Assembly: GCA_963743675.1 (NCBI GenBank)
Contig: CAVURE010000009.1
Location: 644,910-708,909, forward strand
Direction: 5' to 3'
Length of the DNA: 64,000 nt
Origin: an uncultured Actinomycetota bacterium
Lineage (GTDB): Bacteria > Actinomycetota > Thermoleophilia > Gaiellales > Gaiellaceae
This document shows positions 25,887 through 35,288 of the stretch, piece by piece. Each line of letters opens with the position of its first letter. Within the stretch, counting starts at the first letter, position 1. The notes below the pieces were generated by a model that worked only from the letters and a program-made list of their open reading frames with translations, was not told the DNA's origin and ran no database searches. The translations under genes were made by a program, and so were the position numbers.

Positions 25887-26672
25887 TCACCGAGCGTCGT
25901 TCTTCAGGTGCGCGAAGTAGTCGAGCGCCTTGCGTGTCTTCGTCTGCTGCTCGCCGGAGAGGTCGATGCCGCGGCCGGCGAGATACGAGCGGAGCTCGGC
26001 TGCGACCTGGAAGGCCTCGCTGGTGCCGCAGCGAGTCGAGAGCTCGAGGATGCGGGAGCCGTCGGGGTACAACCACATCTCGGCGACAAGCCGGCGCTCG
26101 AGGTCACCCGGCGTGAAGCGGAGCTTGAGCACGAAGATCGGGCCGAGGATCGACAGGTCGTCCAGACCGATCCCCTCCTGCACGTGCGCGGCGAAGAACG
26201 CCCGCTGCTCCTTCGAGAAGAGCTTTCCCAACCGGATCTCACCCGCGACGGCGCTCCTCACGTCGGTCGGGCGTAGCGCGCCCTTCAAGGCCGCCGAGCA
26301 GACGTAGCCTCCGGGCAGCGCATCGACCTCGACGCGGAGGCTCGCCGACCTGCGCAGATCGTCCGGTAGCTCGGCCGGTACGACCGGCCGCAGCTTCACG
26401 GTGGAGTCGTCGCCCTTGCCCTGGATCCGGCGGGCACGGACGACGATGCCCTGCTTGTCGAGGGTCAGCTCGGGTGTGTCGAAGAAGAAGACCTGCCGGA
26501 TCTGAGCGTCCAGCGGATCGAGGCCGAGCGCAGCGATCGCCGAGCGCTGATCGGTCTCAGGCACGGTCAACTTCAACTCGACGCTGTCAGCCTCTCGGAT
26601 CAGCGCGAGCAGCTGCGTCAGCTCCTCACCCGAGAAGGTCTGGGGGTTGGGGGTGGATGCGGGCATCGGCAC
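25887..26672 (-). CDS. CYTH-like domain protein (triphosphate tunnel metalloenzyme family)
   Basis: Track ORF of 261 aa with alternating charged beta-strand motifs SVELKLTV, VVRARR, TVKLRP, LRVEVDA, LELSTR. Confidence 0.6.
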   Translation of the reverse strand: MPMPASTPNPQTFSGEELTQLLALIREADSVELKLTVPETDQRSAIAALGLDPLDAQIRQVFFFDTPELTLDKQGIVVRARRIQGKGDDSTVKLRPVVPAELPDDLRRSASLRVEVDALPGGYVCSAALKGALRPTDVRSAVAGEIRLGKLFSKEQRAFFAAHVQEGIGLDDLSILGPIFVLKLRFTPGDLERRLVAEMWLYPDGSRILELSTRCGTSEAFQVAAELRSYLAGRGIDLSGEQQTKTRKALDYFAHLKNDAR

Positions 26673-26688
26673 CCCTATCGCTCGCCGG

Positions 26689-27075
26689 TCATGCGAGCGC
26701 CTTCGCCTTCAGTTGGTCGTACTCGGCCTGGCTGATCGCGCCGCTGTCGAGCAGCTCCTTGCCCTTGGCGATCTGCGCCGTCGCATCGCTCGAGCCGGCC
26801 ACCGACCGGACGTAGGTGTCCATCTGCGCCTGCTCATTTTGCGCTCGCCTCACGCTCCGCTCACCCATGCCCTTGCCCTCGGCGATCAGGTAGACGAAGA
26901 TCCCGAGGAACGGAAGGATGATCACGAAGAACGTCCACGCGGCCTTCGCCCAGCCGCTGATGTCGTGACGCCGGAAGAGATCGCCGAAGACCGTGAACAG
27001 GAGCCAGAACCACAGGATCCACACGAAGAAGACGAACATCGTCCACATCGCCTGACCAAACGTGTACGCGAGCAC
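26689..27075 (-). CDS. small membrane protein with PLD-nuclease N-terminal-like TM region and C-terminal SHOCT domain
   Basis: Track ORF of 128 aa: WILWFWLLFTVFGDLFRRHD..AWTFFVIILPFLGIFVYLI, then GKELLDSGAISQAEYDQLKAKAL. AGGAGG lies 5 nt upstream of GTG 27075. Confidence 0.7.
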   Translation of the reverse strand: MLAYTFGQAMWTMFVFFVWILWFWLLFTVFGDLFRRHDISGWAKAAWTFFVIILPFLGIFVYLIAEGKGMGERSVRRAQNEQAQMDTYVRSVAGSSDATAQIAKGKELLDSGAISQAEYDQLKAKALA

Positions 27076-27345
27076 AGCTTCCTCCTAGGTCGTTGTTAGA
27101 AGAAGAGCAACTCGAGCGAAGCTAGGGCCGGGTTGTCCGCGAGGCATCGGGGCGACCCGCGATCACTCGGTCGTAGTAAACGACGTTTGCTCGGCGTTAT
27201 CAAGCCTTCCAGGTCGCCCGGGCGTCCTGCCGGGAATCTTTGCCGAGCGGTTCGATTTCTTCGTGCACGCCCCCCTCTGAGGAACCGGAGCCCGGCCTCT
27301 CCGACCCAGAGGATGCCGATCCCAAGACTTTCGCTCTCCAGAGCG

Positions 27346-27543
27346 TTACCCGTCTCTCGAGGATGAAGCGATCGACGAGCCGATCATGTAGAGACCGCAC
27401 GCAACGAAGAAGACGCCAAGTCCGTGGGCAAGCACCTCGAGCCAGCTATCTCCGCTCGCGCTCTCCTGAACGAGGAGATAGATCCCGGCGCCGATAGCGA
27501 CGAGGCCGGCGATCATGCTCACCGCGAAGCCGAGCACTCTCAC
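27346..27543 (-). CDS. hypothetical two-TM small membrane protein
   Basis: Track ORF of 65 aa with two clear hydrophobic helices (GFAVSMIAGLVAIGAGIYLLV; GLGVFFVACGLYMIG). No homology recognised. Confidence 0.4.
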   Translation of the reverse strand: MRVLGFAVSMIAGLVAIGAGIYLLVQESASGDSWLEVLAHGLGVFFVACGLYMIGSSIASSSRDG

Positions 27544-27626
27544 GTGCTGCAGCTTAGCTCCGTTTCCAGGGGGTACCGGAAGGCGCCACGTCTCGCTCGG
27601 CTGGCGCGTTCGACGGCGTGACCCGA

Positions 27627-27649
27627 ACGGGGCGGGCCGGCCGCCCCGT
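27627..27649 (-). terminator. perfect 9-bp stem / 5-nt loop GC hairpin downstream of the collagen-like gene
   Basis: The hairpin is acggggcgg-gccgg-ccgccccgt, about 37 nt after stop 27686 on the minus strand. There is no U-tract. Confidence 0.35.
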
Positions 27650-27685
27650 CGGGCCCTTCCCGATAGCCCATGAGGGTCGGTGTCC

Positions 27686-28556
27686 CTAGACCCCCGTCAC
27701 GATGAGCTGGGTTGCGAAGAACGTGCAGGTCGTGCCGGGCGTCGCCTTGTATCTCGTCAAGACGAAGTTGGTTCCTGGGTTGAGCGTTATTGCGTAGGTG
27801 CCGCTTCCGACCGCTACCTTGCCCGAGGTGAGGCCGCTGAGCCCCCATGCTTGATCATCCGACGGGTCGGTGGGCGTCGCACCGTTGATGTCGAAGGCCA
27901 TCAGACAGCCTCCACCGGTGACGCTCGACGTGAAGTTCGAACTGACCGTGACGGTCACGGTCGTCGCGCTGGTGACCGACACCTGGATCCCGTTCGTACC
28001 TGCTGCCCCGGCGGCATTCGACTCGTAGCTCGTCGCGGTTTCGGTGAACGGGCCTGACCCCGTGGCGCTCAGGATGGTGCTCACGGGTCCCGCCGGGCCC
28101 GTTGCGCCCGTCGGTCCGGTGTCTCCCGCGGGACCGGGCTGTCCCGTAGCACCCGTATCGCCCTTGGCGCCCGCAGGCCCCGTCGCCCCCGTGTCGCCTT
28201 TCGCACCCGTCGCACCGGCCGGCCCCCGGGCGCCCGTCTCGCCCTCCGCGCCCGCAGAACCGTGGCTTCCTTGAGGACCTGCAGGGCCTTCCGGCACCCT
28301 TCGCGCCCTCGGCTCCCTTCGCACCCGCAGGCCCCGTGATGCTCCACGAGATCTTCTTTGCGCCCTTCGCGCAGTGGAACATGTTCAGATCGCCTGATGT
28401 CGCCGCGTTGCCCGCGGTGACCGGTTCGATGCACGCCGTGATCACGCCGTTTTGGACGCCCGGCTTTGTCGTGTTGCCGGCTCCGGCGACGGCGGCAACG
28501 ACAGCGAACAAGACCGCTCCCGCGGCCGCCAGCAGCTTTGTCGATGGTCGCGTCAT
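27686..28556 (-). pseudogene. secreted collagen-like (Gly-X-Y)n repeat protein with C-terminal beta-rich domain, one frameshift near 28289-28293
   Basis: Track ORF 27855..28685 from ATG 28556: MTRPSTKLLAAAGAVLFAVVAAVAGAG...[17 protein letters not shown]. Track ORF 27686..28324 continues with [69 protein letters not shown] plus a 140-aa C-terminal domain. Removing one g from ccgga restores unbroken G-X-Y periodicity. The span is 871 nt (3n+1). Confidence 0.75.
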
Positions 28557-29197
28557 ACAAGCTCCCCCTCTTCTCGCCCGAGCGCGGAGGATCCGCTCCC
28601 CGGGCTTGCCTAGGCGAAGCTCGTCAGGAGGTCGCTCGAGTCGAACGCTCGTTGCAGCCACGGCCAGTGATGCATTTGCATGCATCTCTCGGTCCCACCC
28701 TCCTGCCGCAGCCTCGCGTTCCTGTCGACGGGATCATCCCACGCTGCGGCGTGGAAGGCGAGCCGGGAAGGCCCGCCGCGCGGCCGCTGCTTTCGCCCGT
28801 TCGGCCATCACCGGAGTTCGCGCTTCCTCTCCCCAAAAGCAACTCGCGCCCGCGCAGCGAAGGGCTAGTTGACGAAGCCTGTTGGCCGAGGAGGATGCGA
28901 GTTGCGCGTGCTCGTGGCGGGTTGAGTGGTGCGGGTGCGGGTCTGTGGCAGTGGACGTCTGCGGGATTGGCCCGGGTGGGGATCCGCCTGGGTGGGCGGA
29001 GCTAGTTGGGACGGGCAGCCACGAACTTGGAGGGAGTAGAGCGATGAGACGACCTTCTTTGAGCGGTGCATGGACCTTCGCGACCACGCCGAGCGGCACG
29101 CGGGCCCGGTAATGGACAGGCACGATCTTTTCCTGCGCACGGCGGCTTTGGCGGGTGTTCCTGGTTTGCCGTCTTCGCTCACTCGGCCCCCGCGAAC

Positions 29198-30280
29198 GTG
29201 AATCCTTTCTCGCTTCTCGGCGGCGGAGGGTTGAATCTCGCCACTTTCTACGGCGTGTCGCCGAGCCGCTCGTCGAGCTCGAATGCGGCGGCGATCATGA
29301 GGGCGTTCGCCGACTCGGGCGGGTTCACTCCGCTGTACCTGCCGGCCGGGCCGCTATCCCTGCGATCCGATCCTGTTGCCGAACACGCCTCTCGCCTGGA
29401 ACGGGGGACGGCAAGGACCTCAGCGTGCTCGTGTTCCCCCCGTCGGTCCCCTACGGCCTCAGCTACGACAACTCGACCGCCGGTCGCATTCCGGCGAGCA
29501 GTCCCTGGTTCCCATCGACCAAGAACGGCGCGAACTCGAACCACGCCTGGACGCTGCGCGGACTTGGCTTCGAGGGCGGCGACTGGACCGGCTCCACGGC
29601 CAACGCGGGCCTTTATTTCCCCAACTGGAACCCGTCTGGTGGGCACGATGCCATGGCCCTGCGCATGTTCTACGTTGGCGTCTACCTCTTCAACGGGCCG
29701 GGCATCGTGTACGAGATCAGCGGTCTTGTCGGAGACTCCGAGTTCGTCGACATCGACGTGGCCTCGTGCAGCGGTGTCGGGCTCGTCCCCGGCAGCGATC
29801 AGCGCTGGATCAACATGCTCGCTCACGACTGTGGTAGCTGGGGGGTCAAGCCGGCCGATCACCGCAACACCCAGCTTCTCGGTGGCAAGGCCTACGGCAA
29901 CGGCCAGCTCGACGATGCGAGGCGGCTACTTCATCAACGGGAACGAAACCCTGTTGAGCAACCTCTATACCCAGGACAACAACGGGCCCGGCTTCCGCTT
30001 CGACGGCGCGACGCTCGTGCAGGGAGGCCAGCTCTTCGCCGATCGGAACTGTGTCAGCGGCATCGATAAATCCGGGATGATCATCAACAACTGCAACGGC
30101 ATCCTCATCGACGGTTACGGCGCGACCGACACGCAGCGGACGACCCAGCAGCACGCCCTGAAGGTCACCGGCTCCAACAGCCAGGGCGTCGTGCGGCTCA
30201 ACCAGGTCCAGACGAACAGCCCTCTCGGCGCCGCCGTCGAGAGCAACTCCGGCGGCGTCACCGTCTACAGCCCCACCTAG
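29198..30280 (+). pseudogene. right-handed beta-helix / pectate-lyase-superfamily (tailspike-like) protein, three +1 frameshifts (~29350, ~29405, ~29905-29921)
   Basis: The pieces sit in three frames of the track. (1) 29066 frame: NLATFYGVSPSRSSSSNAAAIMRAFADSGGFTPLYLPAG. (2) 29376 frame: YPCDPILLPNTPLAWNG. (3) 29155 frame: DGKDLSVLVFPPSVPYGLSY...GLGFEGGDWTGS...GNGQLDD. (4) Back in the 29066 frame: GGYFINGNETLLSNLYTQDNNGPGFRFDG...IINNCNGILIDGYG...VTVYSPT*. The start (GTG 29198) is uncertain. Confidence 0.6.
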
Positions 30281-30943
30281 AGAGCCGTTGTGTCCCGCCG
30301 CGGCTGATCCGCTCCGGCGGGGTGCCGCGAACCTGCCGGCCCATCCCGCACCGGCAATGCGCCGACTCGCCCGTGTGCTCGAGATGGGCGAGCACGAGTT
30401 CCGAGCCGGGAACCAGCGCAGCCACATCGGCGACGAGCAGATACTGCGAGGCCTGCCGGCGGTGGTCGTTTCGCGCTGTCGGACGTGCGAACGAGCGGTG
30501 CTTCGCCAGGCGGCCTCGGACCTTGGCGTCCGCTCGGGCGGAGGTGGAAGGTCCAGCTCGATGAGCCCACCTCGGCCAACCCGCGCCCATGAGCGCCGCG
30601 ACACGTGCCCGTACAGCCCGCGCGACCCCCGAGGACTAACCGAGACCTCGCTGGGTAAAAACGCCCCGGGTCCACCGGTTGCGACCGGTCAAGCCGGTCG
30701 AGTGAGCCCCGAGGCGCCTACCTCACCTAGGACGAGGCTGGCGAAAGCCCCGTCCAGGAGCGACCGTACTACCTTGTACTTTGAATTGCAATGTTTGTGA
30801 CAAGCGTTTGCCCGGCCGGCGATGTGCGGTGCCCGCTTGCTTTTTGCGCCCTGGTTTCTTCCTCTTCGTTTGCGCCGGGCCGGATCGGGCTCGGAGACCG
30901 GGGCGGCCCCGGTGCGAGCAGTCTGCTAGAAGATGACCTCGAC

Positions 30944-31222
30944 ATGATGGTTGCCGCGATCTTCGAGGCGGCGATGAGCCGGGAGCAGTCCGCCCGGCTC
31001 GCCGAGCTGATGCAGGAGGCACGGCCCACACGGCCAGCGGGCGTCGTGTCGGCGGCGCTGCTCGTCGACGGGGAGCGCGTCCAGTTGGTGGCGTTCTGGC
31101 AGGACCGAGCGACGCTCGACGAGTACCTCGCGACCGCGGGCGTGCCGCGGGGCACGGAGCTGATGCGGAAGGTCGGGGTCGAGCCCGAGCTGCGGGTGGT
31201 CGAGGTGCCCGAGCTCGGTTGA
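30944..31222 (+). CDS. small ABM/Dabb-like (antibiotic biosynthesis monooxygenase fold) protein
   Basis: C-terminal 92 aa of track ORF 30791..31222, from ATG 30944: MMVAAIFEAAMSREQSARLAELMQEA...VQLVAFWQDRATLDEYL. The family call is tentative. Confidence 0.5.
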   Translation: MMVAAIFEAAMSREQSARLAELMQEARPTRPAGVVSAALLVDGERVQLVAFWQDRATLDEYLATAGVPRGTELMRKVGVEPELRVVEVPELG

Positions 31223-31303
31223 CCGGATCCTGCCGGCGTCCGCGGGCGCGGAGCCGGAGAACGGCAGCCGGACCCGTAACGCGCAGGCTAGGCTCGGGCC
31301 CGG

Positions 31304-32819
31304 ATGAGTGGAGACCCGGGCGAACGACTCGACGACCTGCTCGAAGCGGGCCTCGGCGGGCATCCGGCCATCGTCACGGCGGAGACCGGCGAGATCCAGA
31401 GCTACGAGGGCCTGCGCGCAAGCGTCGCCGTCCTTGCCGGCCGCCTCGCGGAGGTCGGCGCGAGACGCGGGAGCCGGATCGCGCTGATCGTCCCGGACGG
31501 CCCCGACTTCCTGCAGCTCCTGTTCGCGGCCGCCTCCCTGGGCGCGATCGCGGCTCCCCTGAACCCCGCCTACAAGCGCGACGAGTACGCGTTCTACCTC
31601 GACGACCTGAGGCCGGATCTCCTCCTCCTGCCGGCCGGAGAGCTCGAGGCCGCGCGAGAGGCGGCGGGCGACGAGGTGAGTCTCGTCGAGGTGATCTCGG
31701 CCGACTCTCAGGAGCCGCCGCGCCTCGCCGGCCGCGCGGTCGAGGGCGGAGCGCCCCGTGACCCGGCCGGGCCGGACGACGTTGCGCTCCTCCTCCATAC
31801 GAGCGGCACGACGAGCCGGCCGAAGCAGGTGCCGTTGCGCCAGCGCAACCTGACCGCCTCGGCGCGCTCGATCGCCGCGTTCTACTCGCTCGGCCCGGCC
31901 GATGTCTCCTACTGCGCGATGCCCCTCTTCCACGTCCACGGGCTCGTAGCCTCGACGTTCGGCGCGCTGGCGGCCGGTGGCACGGTTGTCGTGCCTCGCC
32001 GGTTCAGCCCACGGGCGTTCTGGCCGCAGCTGCGGCGCCACCGGGTCACATGGTTCTCCGCCGGCCCGACGCTGCACCAGATGATCCTGGATCGAAACGA
32101 CGGGGACGGCGCTCCGGAGAGCCTGCGCTTCGCCCGCTCGTGCAGCTCGGCGCTCGCCCCGGCCCTCATGGCGCGCGCCGAGGCCACGCTCGGTGTCCCG
32201 ATCGTCGAGGCTTACGGGATGACGGAGGCAAGCCATCAGATGGCGTCCAACCCGTTGCCGCCGGCCGAACGCAAGCCGGGCTCGGTCGGAGTGCCGAGCG
32301 GCGCCGAGATCAGGATCGTCGACGGAGAAGGACGCGTGCTCGAGCAGGGGGCAAGCGGCGAGGTCGCGATCAGGGGCCCCGGCGTCACCGACGGGTACCA
32401 CGCGAACCCCGAGGCGAATGCCGACGCGTTCTTCGACGGCTGGTTCCGGACCGGCGACCGGGGTGCGCTCGACGAGGACGGCTATCTGCGGTTGCAGGGT
32501 CGCCTGAAGGAGATGATTCTCCGCGGCGGCGAGAACATCTCGCCGTACGAGATCGAGGAGGTCCTGCTCGCGCATCCGGCCGTCGCCGACGCGATCTGCT
32601 TCGGAATCGACGACGAGAAGTACGGCGAGCGGGTCGGGGCGGCCGTCTCGCTGCGCGCGCCAGGTCGAGGAACGCGAGCTGATCGGCTACTGCCGCGAGC
32701 GGCTGGCCGCCTTCAAGGTGCCGGAGGTCGTCCACATCCTGGACGCGATTCCCCGGACTCCGACCGGGAAGGTGCAGCGAAAACGCGTGGGTGCAGCGCT
32801 CTCTGCGCCGCCGGGGTGA
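31304..32819 (+). pseudogene. AMP-dependent acyl-CoA synthetase/ligase (oxalate-CoA ligase-like), one frameshift near 32655-32662
   Basis: Track ORF 31304..33349 is ligase-like up to ...EKYGERVGAAVSLRA (LLHTSGTTSRPK, GWFRTGDRG, GGENISPYEIE). The conserved C-terminus QVEERELIGYCRERLAAFKVPEVVHILDAIPRTPTGKVQRKRV...PPG* lies in another frame and ends at TGA 32817-32819. The span is 1516 nt (3n+1). Confidence 0.8.
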
Positions 32820-33793
32820 AGATCGCGATCCTCGGCGCGGGAGCGATCGGCGCCTACGTCGGGCGCCGCTCTTTCGCGGGGCGGCAGCGAGGTGACGCTG
32901 ATCGCCCGCGGCCCGCACCTCCAGGCGATGCAGGAGCGCGGCGTGGAGGTGCAAAGCCCGCGCGGGGACTTCCGCGCCCACCCCGCCGCGACCGACGACC
33001 TCGACGCGATCGCGGAGGCCGAGGTCGTGTTCATCGGGCTGAAGGCGCACAGCCTGCCCGGGCTCGCCCCCAGGATCGCCGGCACGATCCGGCCCGGCGC
33101 CGCGGTGATCGCAGCTCAGAACGGGCTCCCGTGGTGGTACTTCCAGTCCCACCCGGGCCCGCTCGAGGATGCCGTGCTCGAGTCGGTCGACCCCGGGGGC
33201 ACGGTCACCGCCTCGATCCCGCTCGCGTCGGTGATCGGCTGCGTGATCTACTGCTCGACGGAGATCGTCGCGCCCGGGGTCATCCGGCACATCGAGGGGA
33301 CGAGGTTCGCGATCGGCGAGCCCGACGGCTCGATCAGCGCCCGCTGTAAGGCGATCGCCGGCGAGTTCGTGGCCGGCGGGCTCAAGTGCCCGGTCGAGCC
33401 GGACATCCGTGAGCACATCTGGCTGAAGCTGATCGGCAACGCGGCGTTCAACCCGGTGACGCGCGCTGACCGGAGCAACGCTGGGCGAGCTCGGCTCGCG
33501 CCCGGAGATGGTCGAGCTGCTGCGTGCGATCCTCGAGGAGGGCACCGCTGTGGCGAGCCGGCTCGGAATCGAGCTGCCGGTCTCGATCGAGCGCCGGCTC
33601 GAGGCCGGACATGGCGGTCGGCGACCACAGGTCATCGATGCTCCAGGATCTCGAGGCCGGCAAGCCGCTCGAGCTCGACTGCATGACCGGGGCGGTGATC
33701 GAGCTTGCTGGCCGTCTCGGGGTCTCGGTTCCCCACACGACAACCGTTCACGCCTGCGCGGCGCTGCTCGATGAGCTCAACCGCTCCCGCTGA
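32816..33793 (+). pseudogene. panE: 2-dehydropantoate 2-reductase (ketopantoate reductase family), three +1 frameshifts (~32862, ~33462, ~33610)
   Basis: Four track pieces in rotating frames. (1) VKIAILGAGAIGAYVG, tail of the 31304 frame. (2) (GAALSRGGSE)VTLIARGPHLQAM...LIGNAAFNPVT, ORF 32892..33686. (3) (ALTGATLGELGSRPE)MVELLRAILEEGTAVASRLGIELPVSIERRLEAG, ORF 33508..33774. (4) MAVGDHRSSMLQDLEAGKPLELDCMTGAVIELAG...*, ORF 33524..33793. GTGA overlap with the ligase. Confidence 0.8.
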
Positions 33794-33820
33794 GGGCTCG
33801 TCGGCCGGAGCCGATCCCGT

Positions 33821-34411
33821 CTAGGTGGTGCGCGGGACGAGCGGCTCGCCCGCGAGCAGGCGCGCGAGGCCGCCCATGCCCCAGTGGCTCTCGCCTTCCC
33901 GCGTCAGGAGCGACGGGACGCCGCGGATTCCGGCCGAGCCCGCCTCGGCCCGGATGCTCGCGATCCGCGCGAAGCGCTCCGGCGAGTACGCCGCCTCGAC
34001 GGCGCCGTCCGGATCGAGGCCGCTGCGGACGGCGGCACGGCCGATCTCGGCGTCGGTCGCGATGTCCTCGCCCTCGCAGAAGAATGCTTCGTACAGCGCG
34101 TGCTTGAAGGGCCGCAGCCGCTCCTGCTCGCCGGCCCACAGGCACGCCGCGAGCGGGAGAGTCGAGCGCGGCTGGAAGCGCGGCAGATGGATCTCGATCC
34201 CGAGGCTCTGGGCGCGGCTGTAGACGTTGCTCGTCCAGTCCACGCGGAGATGGTCGCCCCGCACCGCCAGCAGGGGCTTCGGGGCCGGCCGGAGCTCGAA
34301 CGGAAGCCACTCGACCTCGACCTCGCCGGCATCCTCGGCCGCCTCGACGGCGTGCGTCTCCAGGTACGAGTACGGGCAGACGACGTCGTAGTAGAAGCGA
34401 ACGGCGCGCAT
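33821..34411 (-). CDS. DsbA-family thioredoxin-fold protein (2-hydroxychromene-2-carboxylate isomerase/FrnE-like)
   Basis: C-terminal 196 aa of track ORF 33821..34720, from ATG 34411: MRAVRFYYDVVCPYSYLE...GVPSLL. Confidence 0.75.
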   Translation of the reverse strand: MRAVRFYYDVVCPYSYLETHAVEAAEDAGEVEVEWLPFELRPAPKPLLAVRGDHLRVDWTSNVYSRAQSLGIEIHLPRFQPRSTLPLAACLWAGEQERLRPFKHALYEAFFCEGEDIATDAEIGRAAVRSGLDPDGAVEAAYSPERFARIASIRAEAGSAGIRGVPSLLTREGESHWGMGGLARLLAGEPLVPRTT

Positions 34412-34443
34412 CGGCGGCTGGCAGCGTACTAGACTCGTCGCGG

Positions 34444-35281
34444 ATGATCGCCGCGGTCGCCCAGATCGATCCGAAGCTCGGTGAGAAGGAGCGGAACCTC
34501 GAGCTTTGCCTCGCGCGGATGGAGGAGGCGGCGGCGCTCGGGGCATCGATCCTCGTCCTTCCCGAGTGCGCGATTCCCGGCTACATGTGGGACAGCGCCG
34601 ACGAGGCGATGCCGTTTGCCGAGGAGATCCCGGGGCCGTCGACCGAGGCGCTCGAACGCACGTGCCGCCGACTCGGGATTCACGTCGTCTGCGGCCTGCT
34701 CGAACGCGACGGCGACTCACTGCGAAACGCGGCCGTGCTCGTCGGGCCCGAGGGCCTCGTCGGCACCTATCGCAAGACGCATCTGCCGTTTCTGGGCGTC
34801 GACCGGTTCGTCGTTCCCGGTGACGAGCTCCCGGTGTGGGAGACGCCGCTCGGCCGGATCGGCGTCGAGATCTGCTACGACCTCCGCTTCCCGGAGGTGA
34901 CGAGGGCGCTCGCGCTCGCAGGAGCGGACATCGTCGCCCACCCGACGAACTTCCCCGTCGCGGCCCGGGTCCAGACCGAGCTGATCACGGTTGCGCGGGC
35001 CGCGGAGAACCGTGTCTACCTGCTGACCGCGAACAGGGTCGGCAAGGAGCGCTGGGCCGAGTTCTGCGGCTGGAGCCAGATCGTCGATCCGTACGGCGAA
35101 GCGGCTGGCGGAGGCCGGCGAGACCGGCGAGGCCTTGCTCACCGCCGAGATCGACCTCGAGAAGGCGCGCGACAAGGACTACGTGATCCCCGGCATCTAC
35201 GAGCTCTACCTCTTCGAGCACCGCCGCCCCGAGCTCTACGGAGCGCTGGTCGCCGAGACAACCAGGACCGTGACGACGTAA
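34444..35281 (+). pseudogene. carbon-nitrogen hydrolase (nitrilase superfamily), one frameshift near 35098-35102
   Basis: Track ORF 34444..35292 carries the E-K-C triad contexts (VLPECAIPGY, YRKTHLP, GVEICYDLRFPE) up to ...SQIVDPYGE. The conserved end RLAEAGETGEALLTAEIDLEKARDKDYVIPGIYELYLFEHRRPELY...* is in another frame and ends at TAA 35279-35281. The span is 838 nt (3n+1). Confidence 0.8.
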
Positions 35282-35288
35282 GGAGGGA

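Noticed and set aside
28090-28300. Repetitive DNA (a recurring 27-nt unit), considered as a non-coding minisatellite.
   Set aside because: It is the coding sequence of the Gly-X-Y stalk. The GAKGDTGAT(GPA) unit is duplicated, and the periodicity is strictly 9 nt in frame.
29044-29112. A 22-codon ORF (MRRPSLSGAWTFATTPSGTRAR) with a strong GGAGGGAG ribosome-binding site.
   Set aside because: It is too short, has no recognisable family, and cannot be checked for conservation here. It is mentioned only as context for the unassigned spacer.
30600-30800. A possible tRNA, tmRNA fragment or other small RNA at the edge of the atypical patch, prompted by strings such as ggtaaaaacgccccgggtccaccggttgcgaccggtc.
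   Set aside because: I could not fold a cloverleaf or find T-loop/GTTCRA-type or tmRNA 3'-end signatures by eye. This needs a covariance-model scan before any claim.
27100-30940. An intact prophage or integrative element. The hypothesis was suggested by the collagen-like fibre, the tailspike-like beta-helix and the CHAP hydrolase at 55181.
   Set aside because: No integrase, terminase, capsid, portal, tape-measure, tRNA or flanking direct repeats were found, and the CHAP gene is 25 kb away. At most this is a decayed remnant.
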